The notes under the pieces are model-generated. The model did no database searches, was not told the origin of the DNA, and was given only the letters and a program-made list of their open reading frames with translations. From the NCBI RefSeq assembly GCF_003704095.1, contig NW_020845387.1, positions 248,001-312,000 of the forward strand: a DNA stretch of 64,000 nt, read 5' to 3'. The stretch comes from Pocillopora damicornis. Its lineage: Eukaryota. The position numbers and the translations under genes are program-made. Of the stretch, positions 47,721 to 61,400 are shown one piece after another. Numbering within the stretch: position 1 is the first letter of the stretch; every line of letters starts with the position of its first letter.

Positions 47721-50700
47721 TCACACAGTCTTGAGTTTTGTTACAATAATGACTCTTAAACTCTGGTCAAGTGCCGTACACACACAAAGCCCTTCCTATA
47801 AAGAAGAAAACAGTAAAACTGGTGTCAAAAGATTATCAGAGGGAATAACAATGATACAAATAAAGATTTTAGATAATTTAAGTTTGAATTGTTTTGTTTA
47901 AGAAAACAATTTTTCGTCCCAGAAAACAACCTCATTGCCATCCCCTTCCTCATCCATTGTCCATCTACAAGTGTAAAAATTTTTCAGTTTGTGTCCTTCT
48001 TCCTCCTCAAGAAAATTGCTGACTTTCAGACCCATCCTCTTTGGAAATTCCAATTAGTTCCACTTTATGGGGCTTCAACAGCAAGTGATTTGTGAAATTC
48101 CAATTAGTTCCACTTTATGGGGGCTTCAACAGCATGCGATTTGTGAGGAAACTCTTACAGTAGATCTGATTAAATGAAAAATATCATTTAATTTTAAATA
48201 TTGACCTTACCATTACATGTATGCCAACTGACCTTATCTGGACTCCAGTCAAAGGAAGTGATTGGTTGAGTTGACAGACTGGCATTTTGCAACATTGATA
48301 CAGAACCTATAACACCCATATCCAAGTCTTTTGCATCTTTTGTCACCCGCTGGTCTGGATATGAGCTAGAAATATCAAGGAGATTTGTAAGTAAATATAT
48401 CAAGAAAACAAGAGAACACTTCTGTGCTTACCGATGGTGTGCATTATTTTTGGAAGGAAATTTTCATTTTTGGAGGAATAAGCTCAATATAAGGAGAGTA
48501 ATTTATTTGACATGTACTTTGTAAGACATTGTTTTCCTAATATATTGGAATCCAAAGAATGGTTGCTCACTAAACTAATGGGAGATAGAAGTGGCTCCTG
48601 GTGGAAAAAAAAAGTGTTACAAATTATACCACTTACTATTTCCAGAGGTTAAGGGACCCAGACCCACCACAGGTCATGAAAATTTCACGGTTTTGTGGCA
48701 GATGTCTGACACACCAAACTGTAGACTTGTGAGCCTGTATGAGATAAATGTTATATTATTACCTGAGGAAAAAAACAACCAAGAAGAGGAAGAAATTTAA
48801 AGAGATCAAAGGTAACCATCTCTAATCACACAAAGGCCCAAGAAGAGAATCAGAAATAATTGTTAAAGTAAAAAGGTTAATATACAATAATTTTGGTGAA
48901 AAGCAATTATAGTTGTGGTTAGTCATAAATTTCATTGAAAATAAGAGTGTAACTGCACATTTAAAGTTGTCATGGTGACCATAAACTACACAAGTACAAC
49001 TACATGTTAACTGCAAATCCTGGGTGTTATGAATTAACCCTTTACACTCTTACTAATATCAGGATGCATACCCTTTTCTATAGATTTCCCAAGGAGCTGG
49101 CAGGGAGAATTTGTTATACAAAAAGAGAGCTTCTATAGTTGGTGATCATCCCCTTTCTTCTTGTGACCTTAATGTGTGATTCAGGGGTGATATTGTAAGG
49201 AGAAATTAGATGCTAGTCACTCTTTGGAGTCAAAGGTTTAACAGATATAAATGCATATTTAAGTTTCAATCAAATATCACAGAATAAATATTTGCATCAA
49301 AGCAAAATACCTTCTCAGAGAGAGAAGCAAATCCTTTCTCAGGATGTTGTGTTCTTACATCAAACACGTGAAATTTTGATTCTAATGTGGTAGCCACTAG
49401 CTTGTTCATCATGATATCTTTTCTATCAAATTCAATTCCACAAACCTGCCACACAAGAAAATTGTGAGGTTAAAATAAATAGTAATTTGACTACAAAACT
49501 TAGATACAAGTAAAACATTGCTTCAAAATTGAATTTCAATGTTGTTCACAGTTTTTCTCAAGGCTAAAATCCAACAACAACCACCAATGTTTTAAATCTT
49601 GCTTAGCAACCTGGCCTCTCCTCTTTTTTCTATCTCTTGGTAAGCTTTTTGAAACTTTTCAATGTAGGAGCTCTACATGAAGCCATTTAAGACTCAAATC
49701 ATGATAGTTCATTGTGATATCTCAAGCAGCAGCAGTTCATGTGATTCTCACCATTTGGAAGGGAGTAAATCAAACAAGACAACATCCTCAGGCAATGTAA
49801 GAGCACATTTGAAGACAACTATCAAACAGGTTTTTTTAGGTTTCTTTTAGAATCTTAAATAACGGTAAGTTGTAACTCTTTATACATACTTTTTAATTTG
49901 GAATAATACTTTAAATTAAGATCATATTTTTATAATCATATTTTAAAACCATTAATAAATAAATAATACTATCAGTTTATAATTTTTAAAAAGGATCACT
50001 TTTATCTATTCCAAGTGACCTTACTTAACCATGGTGAAAATCCGAAAAATAAAGTGATTGACATATGTTATTCACCCCATTTTTAACATTTGTCTCCCAT
50101 CGGACAGTCATCTTTTTAAGGTCAAACATCTTTATATCACCATTGTCGTAGCCTGCTACAACTGAACGTTCTTCTGTATTGTAAGCATCTCCTGTAATAG
50201 GTGAAAATTAAATACATCTTTAGTCAATAAATGAACTGGAACCAAAGGAAACACTAGATATCCAATGGATATGACTGTATAGCAACTAAACTTAAAGCTT
50301 GAATACCAATCTAAAACAAAAATGAAAGAAAAGTAAAATAACATGATTTTAGCCACTGTTAAAAGTTATTAAAAGCAAATGTTTCAAGTGTTAGCCTTTC
50401 CGGCTCAAAACACCAGTGGTGGTTACTTTACATTATCAACTCGGAGGATTAAACCAAATTATCTTGTAATACACTGCACCAATGCAGCACCACAGTTTCT
50501 ATTAACCCTTTAACTCCCAGACCAAGTTTGTGATTCTCCTTACTGTCAACCATACAATTCTTTTAATATTAGTCCTGAGAATTTAGTATTGGATCAACTA
50601 ATTATCCCCTAATTGATATTTTTCTCCATTCTCATCACTTATCTGGTTGATATTCATCATCATCATCTTTTACTTGCCTTATTTACACAATACAAAAAAT

Positions 50701-53501
50701 TTATTTACAGCAGTTATAGCTGGAAGGCGAGGAGACCCAGGAAGCCACTGGGCTTATGGAAGAGCCACCTCACTTACATTAATAAATAAAGTAAAGGAAA
50801 AGTGCTGTGAATGTGCGGCTAGGCCAATTCAGTGATTATTTAAGTAAAAACTCTTGCATTTTTGTCTTAAGACTAAGAAGGTTTGATGCACGAGTGACTG
50901 AAACTGGAAGAGAGTTCCAAATTTTAGGACCTTGCTAGAGAATTGTAAATTGCTTGAGATTTGTACAGCACAAATGCGTTTGATAATTATTGGCTGTTCT
51001 GGTACCATAGTTGTGAATTTGGCTATTTGTAACAAAAAGATTGAGAAGCAATGAAGGCAATAGATTATTTCTATAATAAAACATGAATTTGGCAATTTCA
51101 AATACATTTACTTGGAAAATATCTTAAATTCCTAGTTTGGAGAATAAAGGACCAGAATGGGCTTGATAGTCTGAGTTGGTGATAGCCCGCAGAGCTTGCT
51201 TTTGCAAGTAATAAATTCTATTTAAGTTAGATACGTATGTGGATGACCAGGTGCAGTTACAATGGATGATATAAGGATAAATTAAGGTGTAGTACAAAGT
51301 GAGTTTGGTTGTAGAGGATAGGAAAAAGCAAGACCTGAATATAATACCTATTGATTTAGCAATTTGTTTACATACATAGCTGATATAAACAATCTATACA
51401 AATACAATACCACACTTTCCTTAGTTAGAAACTTACCTCCTTTATTTATTTTTGAAAGAAAAGTAGATTGATAAATTATGTGAATTCTACAAACTGCAGC
51501 AATGCTCAAGACACTAAAGAGATGATGAGTTAATAAGACTTATCGAGGAAATTATTTTTACTTAAATTTACAGGCAGTAAAAGGGGAGTATTACAAGACC
51601 AGATCATAAGAGTTCACAGGCTTTACAAAAGTCTTACCAAATGCCACACACCAACAGTCACGTCCCTCTTCACCTTCAGCTGGTGCCATATTGGCCACAG
51701 GTTTGTCCTTCTGACGAGGATCCCAAACTTTTACAGATCCTGCCAAAACACAAATGAACAGCACCAAAGCCACAAAGTCAGACCTAAAGTTTTCAACCCA
51801 AAAATTTGTCTTTTCCTTTGTTCTAGGCACATTACCATTAATAGCACTTACAAATTGAAAATACAAATCAAACTAATTTGAAACATTATAACTTCAAATC
51901 CTTCAAACTATACAACGTACATGTACATTGTCTGTCATGCCTTCAAAGGTCTCTTCAAAAGAGAAAATGGGCTATCTTTGTAAAAAGAGGAAATTGAAAC
52001 AGCCGGTCATTTACTCCTTTAGCTTCCTGATTAATCTCACCACTTTTTTACTACAACTGTATGTTGAAAGAAAGTCTTAAGTCCCCCAGGGGAGGGGTAC
52101 TGGACACAAGTAGCTTTCAAAGCATTACAAGTAATTTTCATCGCAGTACATGGCAAGGTTCCTGATCAAGTAATGTTTAGCTACTCAAGGAAGCCAAGGC
52201 AACCTTAAATTGGTTAAAAGGTCTCTTAACAAGGAAGGTTTAATGCCACTCAACAACAAGAAATATAAACCTATTCTTGTGAAAAACAACATGGCACCTT
52301 TAGGAGCCAATAAATTTGATTAATTTCTATCTCTGTGTATTTTTATGAAGTTCTCACTAGTTTGCTAACAGACTAATTAATTTGTGATGATATATCAATT
52401 TATGGAAATTTGTAGCTCATTTTCCAACTGTTTTTGCAGATAGGCCTTAACCTTGATTTGTTACAAATTAGTTATGGGGAAAAAGGTGTCACTTAAACAC
52501 TGGTGTCCACAATAACTTAATTATGTTGATAGTTATTAATGACTCACCATCCCTACTCCCAGTGACAATCTCTGGTGCTCCCTCACCAATTCCCAGACCC
52601 CCCACACCATCAATAGCATTCACAATCTGTGAATGAGCTTTCACAGAATAAACTGGCCTCTCTGTGTTTTCAAGATTCCTGAAGAAAAAAGTAACACAAT
52701 ATAATTGATCAAGAAAATCAAGGTATACTGGTTTTATGGACAAAAACATACAGAAAGGATGATGTTTCCAAGATTTATGTGTTTGTAACTCTGTTATAAC
52801 ATAATTGTCTGCTACATACCAAATCATCATTTTCCCATCAAAGTCTCCTGTTGCAAGATATCTCTGTTGTAAACTTGAGGCTCCAAATGTTCCACATTTT
52901 AGTGCTGTCCTCTTCTCATCCTGTTACAAAAAACATAATGTATGATCCTCAAAACTATTCTAGAAGAGGCTCAGTGAGGCATAAACTCACAATTTACATC
53001 ACACAATCTCTTACATTGTGTATAAACTAACATTTTTGTAGTGAGGACATCTTGGAAAAAAAATTTAATTGTAGCTCTTAACAAAATACTTCTGTATCAG
53101 AAATTTATGAAAGAAAACGAATTACTTCTTCAAAGTGAGTTTGACAGCTTAGCATTACAGTTTATGTTAAAACTTTTGAGTGATCTGGATACACTGTATA
53201 TCTGTTTGACCGGGAGATTATAACAAGCAACGAGTGAAGAGTCCCTGTATTCTTCATACGTGTTGATAACATCATTTTATCGGAAGACAGCTGCCGTCTA
53301 CAAAATACAAATCTCAACACTAACATTTTTCAAAAGTTTCAGTTCCCCCTTCGAAACTTCGTATATTTGCAAAGCTCCTGTTCCACGCGCAAAGTTTCCA
53401 AGAACTACAAATCGTGCACTGCAAGGGATCCATCGTGCATCGAATAATGTGTAATCTAAAGATTTAGTAACGTGCTCTATAATCTTAGGTTTATCCACCA
53501 T
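47721..53501 (-). CDS. WDR92: WD repeat-containing protein 92 / dynein axonemal assembly factor 10 (R2TP/PAQosome-associated), about 355 aa
   Basis: Nine frame-consistent exons: 53501-53325, 52920-52820, 52678-52548, 51739-51638, 50191-50076, 49445-49311, 48734-48637, 48365-48233, 47795-47721. Motifs '[22 protein letters not shown]', '[23 protein letters not shown]', '[18 protein letters not shown]', 'FDWSPDK'. Confidence 0.96.
48043..48146. repeat. Two-copy tandem repeat (about 51 bp) in the last WDR92 intron
   Basis: 'gaaattccaattagttccactttatggggcttcaacagca..gatttgtga' x2. Confidence 0.85.
49035..49241. mobile_element. TTAA-ended MITE
   Basis: ttaaccctttacactct ... ggagtcaaaggtttaa; internal sequence shared with 7240-7433. 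Confidence 0.65.
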
Positions 53502-54042
53502 GGTTGCGAACCAGGGCAAACACGAACCACTTCACAGCAAATGTACGAAATCTTCCAGGCGTTCTCACCTGGGTAGGATATCGCGCATGCTTTCGCGCAA
53601 TGGCCGCTGTACATCATGTCATTGGAGAATGCAGGCACGCAAGACGTTTCAAATATCCCAAATTGATCATAGGGGTTGTGCGAAACATAGAGTCCCTTTG
53701 AGCTATTTATGTATACTATATTCACTTTCATACTGTCTTTGGTACATTTAGACATAACGATCTACTCCTGCCATACTAATTTTGCTGTCACATTCATAAA
53801 TAAATTTTGAGCAGGTTGCACCTTTTTTTTTCTCAGTTTTCCTGACACAATTCGTGGCTTCTCCCCGGTGACTTTTAAGGCGTGTGTATGAGAGAGGCTC
53901 TTTTCTATTTCCTGTTGACCTTCATTAGTGAATACTGCAAAATATTTCCTCATAAATAGTATGACACTGTTCAGTTTAGAGGGTTCGATAACCTGGTTCA
54001 ACAAATGTCGCATAAAATGTTGGCGGCATCAATTTTAAATAA

Positions 54043-54480
54043 AGGGGATAAGTTTCTAAAGAAACTGTGGTGCGGCGTCGGTGGGAGAGTATAACAAAGT
54101 AACTCAGGGACCGCGCAGCAAGTTTTCGAGTGGGGGGGGGGGGGGGGNNNNNNNNNNNNNNNNNNNNNNNNNNNNNNNNNNNNNNNNNNNNNNNNNNNNN
54201 NNNNNNNNNNNNNNNNNNNNNNNNNNNNNNNNNNNNNNNGGGGGGGGGGGTTAAAGCCCCCCCAGCCCCTCCCTCTGCGCGGTCCCTGTAACTTGGTATT
54301 TCTTACTGAGTTGGCAACGTAAATTGGCCACCGTAAAGAGTTTTAAAACATACAAACACACACACAACCCACAATTCCTTTATTCGCTCTAATGAAGGGC
54401 TAACGCTCGAAACGTCAGCTTTGAAATTCTTTTAGGTGGCCAATTTACGTTATCAACTCAGTTTTATAATATCAACTACC
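54043..54480. mobile_element. Penelope-type palindromic repeat (hammerhead-like core at about 54385-54420) interrupted by a nested element
   Basis: 'aggggataagtttctaaagaaactgtggtgcggcgtcggtgggagagtataac' ... 'cgctCTAATGAagggctaacgctcGAAAcGTCagct'. Confidence 0.7.
54105..54288. mobile_element. Non-autonomous DNA transposon with perfect 14-bp TIRs and a 5-bp TSD (hAT-like CAGGG termini)
   Basis: CAGGGACCGCGCAG (54105-54118) and CTGCGCGGTCCCTG (54275-54288); TAACT at 54100-54104 and 54289-54293; poly-G interior with a 92-N gap. Confidence 0.85.
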
Positions 54481-55134
54481 TTCTCAATTTTAAAAGTCCG
54501 TTCGGTCCTTAGTATATGATATGATACTCAAAAACACCAGCTTACAGGCCTTCATATCTGAATATTTCAATACAACAAATGCAAGTGGTTCAGGAAGACA
54601 TTTTCAAAGTACAGTTCTCACACGAAACACTAATGAAATTTTTACGCGCTCCTTGATATTCTTTAAGGTGGATCCGCATGGTGGCAGTTACAAACTGACA
54701 ACAAGTTTGAGATGGCTTAAAATCGACCACTATCTTGCTGAGATATACCACAACCCATAAGCCGAATATTCAGCGATTAATTTTCTCTCCAGGCTTTGAA
54801 ATTTCTCACATCATCACATAGTACACTTTGAGCAAACAGAAACTTGCCTCACCTCGTGAGGCAAAAAAAAGACTCGTCCGACTACTCTCTTGGAAATGAA
54901 TAAAATGTCACAAAAAATAATATCGGCAAAATATTCTTGAAGCAAAAAAATGATGCAGGAGAAGGTTTAGGGTAAGTTTATTTGAATCAACATCAGAGGT
55001 ACTGATTTCCTACAAAATTCTCACAAGGGTAAGGATATACCAGTGTAACGTTTTTTGAATAGAAACTTGTTTACTGCTCAAAGCAGGAGCCAGGCTGAAA
55101 CGGTTCAAAAGCTTAAGCCAGAGTAAGTAGCCTT

Positions 55135-55815
55135 TTAATTTTCTTTTGTCTTGTTTACATTATCGTCTTCGTTGCCCGCGTCTTCCAGCTCTTTAAAGCC
55201 CACAATGCCCCCGATCTTTTTAACTTCTGAGAACAGATCCACATTTTCTATAGGTTCGTAATCTTCCGCCGCCTTTTCGGCGGCCTGTCGGACATGCTTA
55301 GCAACTTGGCAAATAGCAGTGTCGAGCTTGTTTCTGTGTCTCATTACAAAAGGACAGATGATGAGGTTGTAAATGACCGCCGTACCACTCCACGGGCCTG
55401 GAAACATGCACCAAACGAGGAGGAAGAACTTCAGCAAAAAATACAACGGAATCCACTCAAGAAAAATTTCCAAAAAATTCACCATGCTGAAAACTACCCA
55501 GTATGTTAACCATTTGGTATCTTCCATCAGATCGCTGCTTTCGATCGCCTTCACTGATGCATAGGTCGGGAAAACGAAGCCGAGGAAATAGCAAAGAAGG
55601 TTCGCAGCGTAACCAACTGACAGGTATAATAAGATGAAACAGAGGCCGCCAAGAAATAGGGTTTGTCTCCTGACATTGGTAGCGGCCTCTAGCTTGTTTA
55701 AAAAATCAGTGAATATGTTGCGCTGTTCAAGAAGGTCGTTAATTACTTGAATTGACACACTACGTCGAACAGTTGCTACTAGCCTTTGGCAGATGTGAAA
55801 TTTAGTCCTTTCCAT
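55135..55815 (-). CDS. Receptor expression-enhancing protein 5/6-like (TB2/DP1/HVA22, Yop1 family ER-shaping protein), intronless
   Basis: 'LLCYFLGFVFPTYASVKAIESSDLMEDTKWLTYWVVFS..WIPLYFLLKFFLLVWCMFPGPWSGTAVIYNLIICPF'. Confidence 0.92.
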   Translation of the reverse strand: MERTKFHICQRLVATVRRSVSIQVINDLLEQRNIFTDFLNKLEAATNVRRQTLFLGGLCFILLYLSVGYAANLLCYFLGFVFPTYASVKAIESSDLMEDTKWLTYWVVFSMVNFLEIFLEWIPLYFLLKFFLLVWCMFPGPWSGTAVIYNLIICPFVMRHRNKLDTAICQVAKHVRQAAEKAAEDYEPIENVDLFSEVKKIGGIVGFKELEDAGNEDDNVNKTKEN

Positions 55816-56432
55816 ACTCCATGAGGATGATCTTCAACCTCGAGTAAGCGAACGACGCCACTTAAATTTGGTCGCTTAATATCTAATTAACAATTTATGA
55901 TTTCACTAATCAGGTAATTGAATATAAAGCGCGCAACTCGCGCATGATCTCAAACGGTATGTTAGATGTTGAAAGTTTCACCCCTTACCATCTTTGCGAT
56001 TTCGCCCCCTGATGTAAACTGTTTTATTTTAGGGGGGCGAAACGTCCATAAACCGTATGTGAAAGTGACGGATGACTCACCACTGATATCTCGGGCGAAT
56101 GTATCAAATAGACGACGCCTATCTGCCGGTTCTCAGGAGCTCCTAAATTTGGAAAAATATAGGCACAAGAAGTCACGATTTTCACATTTAATTCACTGGT
56201 AAATATCATATATGAAAGGCACCCGAAAAGCATTTTCTGAAAACCTCGAAAAATGTCGTACAAACTGTCAATATGGATTAGCTTTATGCTGAAGTTTAGA
56301 ACAGTACTGGAATTACACTAAAATAAAGCCGCCAATAAGTTTTCAACGCAATAGGTAATAAGGGCGAAGGAAGGATTGCGTTTTCCCAAAATCACTCTTT
56401 AGAATCTACCGCGACTGATCTTTTTTACCACT

Positions 56433-56433
56433 A

Positions 56434-56479
<46 letters not shown>

Positions 56480-56480
56480 C
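56433..56480. repeat. (ATT)n microsatellite
   Basis: attgttattattattattattattattattattattattattattatc. Confidence 0.95.
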
Positions 56481-58472
56481 ATTTACACTATTAACACAAC
56501 TATCATCAATGTTATTATCATCATTTTTTGCGAACAAACAAAACAAAGCCCACATGTTGCGGCGGAGAAGACTATTAAATGAGATTACTCGTGTGAGACT
56601 TCTAAAGTCTTGGATTTTGCTGGATGCAATTTTTATATTAAAGTTAATTGAGTTCATGATTTTGAATTCAAAGGACAGCAGAATCTCATAAGAGTGAGTG
56701 ACTTGTTTGTCATCAACGCAATTTCCATCTTTGCTCTCATGATATGAATGGAAAGAAAACGGTCAATCAAAATCTGAAGTTAACATTGTTAACATCAGCA
56801 ATTCTGATTAAAATTGATGAGAATTAAAAGGAAACATGGCAAAAAGTTGATTTGTATGTTAAATAATCAGAGATCAGGCAATACCATAACTATGATTAGA
56901 TCGACGTTTACATCAACGTACTCTTCATTCGCGGCTTTTGCTGAGCGCGCCATCTCTTAAAAGAGTTAAAATTTAATTGTCTAATTAATAATAATAATTT
57001 CCCGTGGCTTAATGCTGTTTGTGGCGTACGTTTGGAGGAATGTAACACATAAAGGTCATCAAGCTCGATTGGTTTACATCACAATATTTCAAGATGTTTC
57101 GGTTCTTCGACTATTGTTGCAAATCGAAAGGAAACGAACGTGAGGGCAGACACACAGAGAGACACACCCACACAATGCAAAAGATAAAGCGAAATAGCTC
57201 AATAGAAAATGGTTAGATACATCAAAGACAAACGAGGATTTTAAATCATACTGACAAACTGCGACATTCACGAAACGTTATTTGGCTGCTTTAAGAAGTG
57301 GATCAAACCGGCTCCTTATTTGCTCATTTTCGGCAATGAAATGAGCTGATCGAATCTTTTCGAAAGAACCGTCGTAATGAAAAACGTTGAGTCAAATTCC
57401 TTAACCCTAAAATATCACTTTGCCTGCTTGCATCGGATCCCATTACCGGTCACACAAGGCAAGGGTTTTGGATAGTTTGAGTCTTCTTGCAACCATGACA
57501 ACTCGTTTTAATGCCAACAAGCCGGTAGGGAAGCGGGAATCAAAATTATTCTTATGATTACTTTTTGCAGAGTTGTGCCAAAATCAACCTGATATTCTCT
57601 TCCCTGAAATAAATCAACCTTGTCGTGCTTTTGTCGCGGCTCGAGCACATTAAGGCGAAACCATAGCTTATGTGTTAATGGCACCTATAGTCGTTGTCTT
57701 TTGCCAAAAGTTTGACGCATTTCGTTATTTGACGACCGAGCTAAGAAACAACCATCTTTCCAGTTGTATTTCTCCAAATGAGATACACCAGTCACCCACA
57801 CTTTAAACATTTCTGATTCTAGTGGAAGACAGGACAGTAGAACTTTTAACTCCTGTGAGAGGCGGACCAAGACCGAAGTCCTCCTTACAATATCAATGCA
57901 AAAACAAGCAGGCAAGTGATGAGAATAAGGGAAATATCGATCAGGGGGTTATTAGTTGATTTAATACCAAATTCTTAGAACTGACGTCATAAAAATTGTA
58001 AGGCAGACAGTAAGGAGAATTACTAATGAGATGTTTGGCTTGTTCTCAAGAAAAAGCTCAGGCTTGACTCTGTCTCATATACTCTTGAAAAATTGTTGTT
58101 CAGATATGCTGTACTACAATTGAAATTTGGTGGAAAGGAAATTAAAACAAACGAGATTACTTCATGCATAATAAACTCTGAAATCTTTGGTGTTTGTATT
58201 GGCTGCCTCTCTGTGCTTCCTCTCGTTTCATCGCTCAAAATCCTCAGTTGAGTTCCTTCTTACTGAAGTAAGCTCCTTAGTAATTCGCTTTCATTTCAAT
58301 GGATATCCAAAAAGTCATTATTATCTAATTTTAATTTAGCAGCACGTAACAAATGTAAGGCATTTAAAGCGGTGAGGTAAACCACAGAAGCTTTCGATCA
58401 AAAACATTTAGCGGGTTTACATTTATTGAGTTTCCTGAACATTTTTAAAGCATAAGGCCGTTTGGAACTTTC

Positions 58473-61400
58473 ATGGGTCCGTTTTGGAGTCAGATGAAAA
58501 GTTCAGACAGTTCTCTGTACCTTTGGCTCATTCTGTTGGGTAAGTACCAGTTTGTTGTAAGAAACAGAGAAACAAAAATATCACAATAACTGCACTTCGA
58601 GAATAGAACTCAATAAAACTTTCTGACCAATCCATCTTTACGTGGTCGTGGGCCTGGTAAAATGTGCACAAAATTGTTAAAGGAAATTCTATACCCATAT
58701 GGTAACAGTGATTTTCTTCGAGAAGTAGGCAAGTGAAGTAATGGCATGACAACTAAGGAGTGCACCCTTATCAAAACAACGTTTCCATGAAGGAAAAAAT
58801 CTAAGAGAAATTAAGCCTTTGTTGAAATGGACCACAATAAAGTTGAGGATCAAATATACTCTCACAAGTGAGAGAATCTTTTGAGTAGAATTTTTCCAAA
58901 ATGTTTGGAGATATTAAAAAAACATGTTTGCTACATTGCTTCCAAGGTTATAGCTCAATAATCATCCCGTGCACATTAACTCCGCCCCATCTGCGTCAAC
59001 AACTTAAATTGTTGGACAGAATGTTATAACAAAAGATGCATTTTTTAGGCTTCGGCAAGCAGGTTTTTCAGTAGCAACACGGTTTACCCAGAAAACTTCA
59101 AAAGTTTTCATTCTGTGAGGCTTTGAGCGTACGAAACGAGCGAAACGAGCTCGAAACGAGCTAGACGATTATCCTTTGTAAAAAGTTCATGAAATATTAA
59201 AAACTTTCCTGGATTTCGTCATTATATAGCTCTGATTTCAGGGGCCATAAAGGTCGGTAGGACATCTTAAAATAAAAGAGCTTAGCATATAGTTGACCGA
59301 AGCATATGACCAAGGCCAACCTGAATATGCTCTCGCGGGACAAATTTTTGGAATAAAATATTTGGCTGTGGAGTGAAGTTCACCTGCATGGCGTCTGCAC
59401 ATACAGCAAGGAATCGTTTACACGAGTAATAAGCAAATTAGATTTGACAATGGTATGCGAATTCCAACTCAAGCACTTTCAATCCAATAAAATCACAATT
59501 TAATTTATTTTAGCCGCCACGGAAAACAAAACGATGACCACTGTGTCGGTCACCGGGAAGATCCATTAAAATGTAGTGAACAAAGTGACTCAGGATTATT
59601 TCGTGTAAACACATAAAAAACTTGCTTGAAAAGAGAAAATCAGCTATTTTATTTTCTCGAGAATAAACAGGATTGTAAAGATTTCCGTATAACTGTAGAT
59701 TATTCAAAGCTGTAGTTCCAAAGGCAATCTGTTTTTGCCATTGTTTTCTTTCTCCAAGAACTATAAGCATAATGAGATATAGAGCTGTGCAGAAATCTTG
59801 CCAAACAATTAGATACGTTGAACAGTTTATAATTAAGTCAAATCCTCTATTGAAATATCGCAAAATGACAGTTGGGCGGCCTAAGCATCTACTAAAGAAG
59901 GAATGAAGACTTAAAACCATATAATCCCGAATACGCCTTTTTTAATCACTTTTGAGAGGAAAATCATTCGAAACATCCCAGTAATCCAGTCTAGCGCGAT
60001 TTCATTTGTGCTCTTTCTTTGTTCATTGTGGACAACACCATTATCATTCATTATTATTATTTGAGTCTAACATCTTTCGGCTGAGGTTTCACTTGTTAAA
60101 ATCTCAACTTCATGGCATTTTTTTTTTTTTTTTTGCTAAATTGTTTAGTATAATTTGTTTTGTTGAATCGTTTCACTGAAGTATTAATTCTCTGACGCTT
60201 CTATACTTAAGATTTTATTGACGAGTTTGAGTAATCTAGTAATGACTTCAATAAAGGCAAGATTTTGACGCAGAAATTGCGGCTTTAAATGTTCTCGCTA
60301 TCTGAAGGATCTCCAGGGGTGATAGCTTTTACGGTTGACGGTTAATTTCTTTCCGCGTCGATCAAAAGAAAATATTTTACGGTTAACTTTCTTGACGATT
60401 TACAGTTGACTGTTAATCGCATTGAGACCCTCTGTCTAGGTCACTTATCTGTCATTGGAATTGTTAAATTTCCAGCTAGATCTGAAAAGCAGAAACACCA
60501 GAATTACTGTGACTTTATGACACAAGACACTCCAAATTCCTGTCCCCCCCTCCTCCCTCAAGCACATGCAAACAATCGCTAATAAAGGTTTTTTTTCCAC
60601 TTTTCGATTCTTTTCTAGTGTTCTTTCCCATAGAGACACAGCCACTAAAAATACTATTGACTCCTCGCCGATCTTCACACTCAGTAAAGGTTGGTGAACA
60701 TGTGACACTGATATGCACAACAGGGCCAAGTGTTAAAGCAACATACAAATGGCAGAATGATTTAGCTATAGGAACAGGAAAAGAGCCGAGTATGATAACA
60801 GGAAATGCTACATTGAAAATATGGAAGACAAAATTACATCACACTGGAGTCTACAGCTGTACAGAAACACGAAAGGGAGAAGAAATTCTACAACAAACCC
60901 GTTCGGTTTTGTTAACCATCGTAGGTAAGACTATTATTCTGTTACGATTTAAAGGTATTGTTTGTCTGGTAGGTTTAATGTCATTAGATCCATAACTTAC
61001 ATAAGTTTTCCTTTGTTCTATGGTAATCGAATCAATAAGAAACTGCACCTAACAAAGATCTTGTTAATAGAGCAGTTGCGGCCTTTTTAACTTCTTGAAG
61101 CGAACAAAACCGCTTACTTTTTTTGCGAAGACCCCGAACAAAACCGCTTACTTTTTTTGCGAAGACCCCGAAGTTGTTCTGATAGCGAGAGCTAAAAGAA
61201 AATGGAAATCAAAGATATTCAGTTAATCACACTTTGAATTAATGATAGTCCTTGGGGTCGAGGCCCACGCATGAAAGCGAGACGAGTGTCAGCCAGTCCT
61301 GGATGGAACCCGAACCCTGATATCGTATGACCTATAGATCAACACGACACAAATAGTATAGGTTCTCCAAGCGTCAAACGTAACCAGAGATTTATATTGG

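Noticed and set aside
48043-48146. CRISPR-like array (also considered at 61101-61171)
   Set aside because: Only two adjacent units with no spacers and no cas genes, in a eukaryotic intronic context
56406-56691. Poly-Asn and poly-Leu ORFs
   Set aside because: They are translations of an (ATT)n microsatellite
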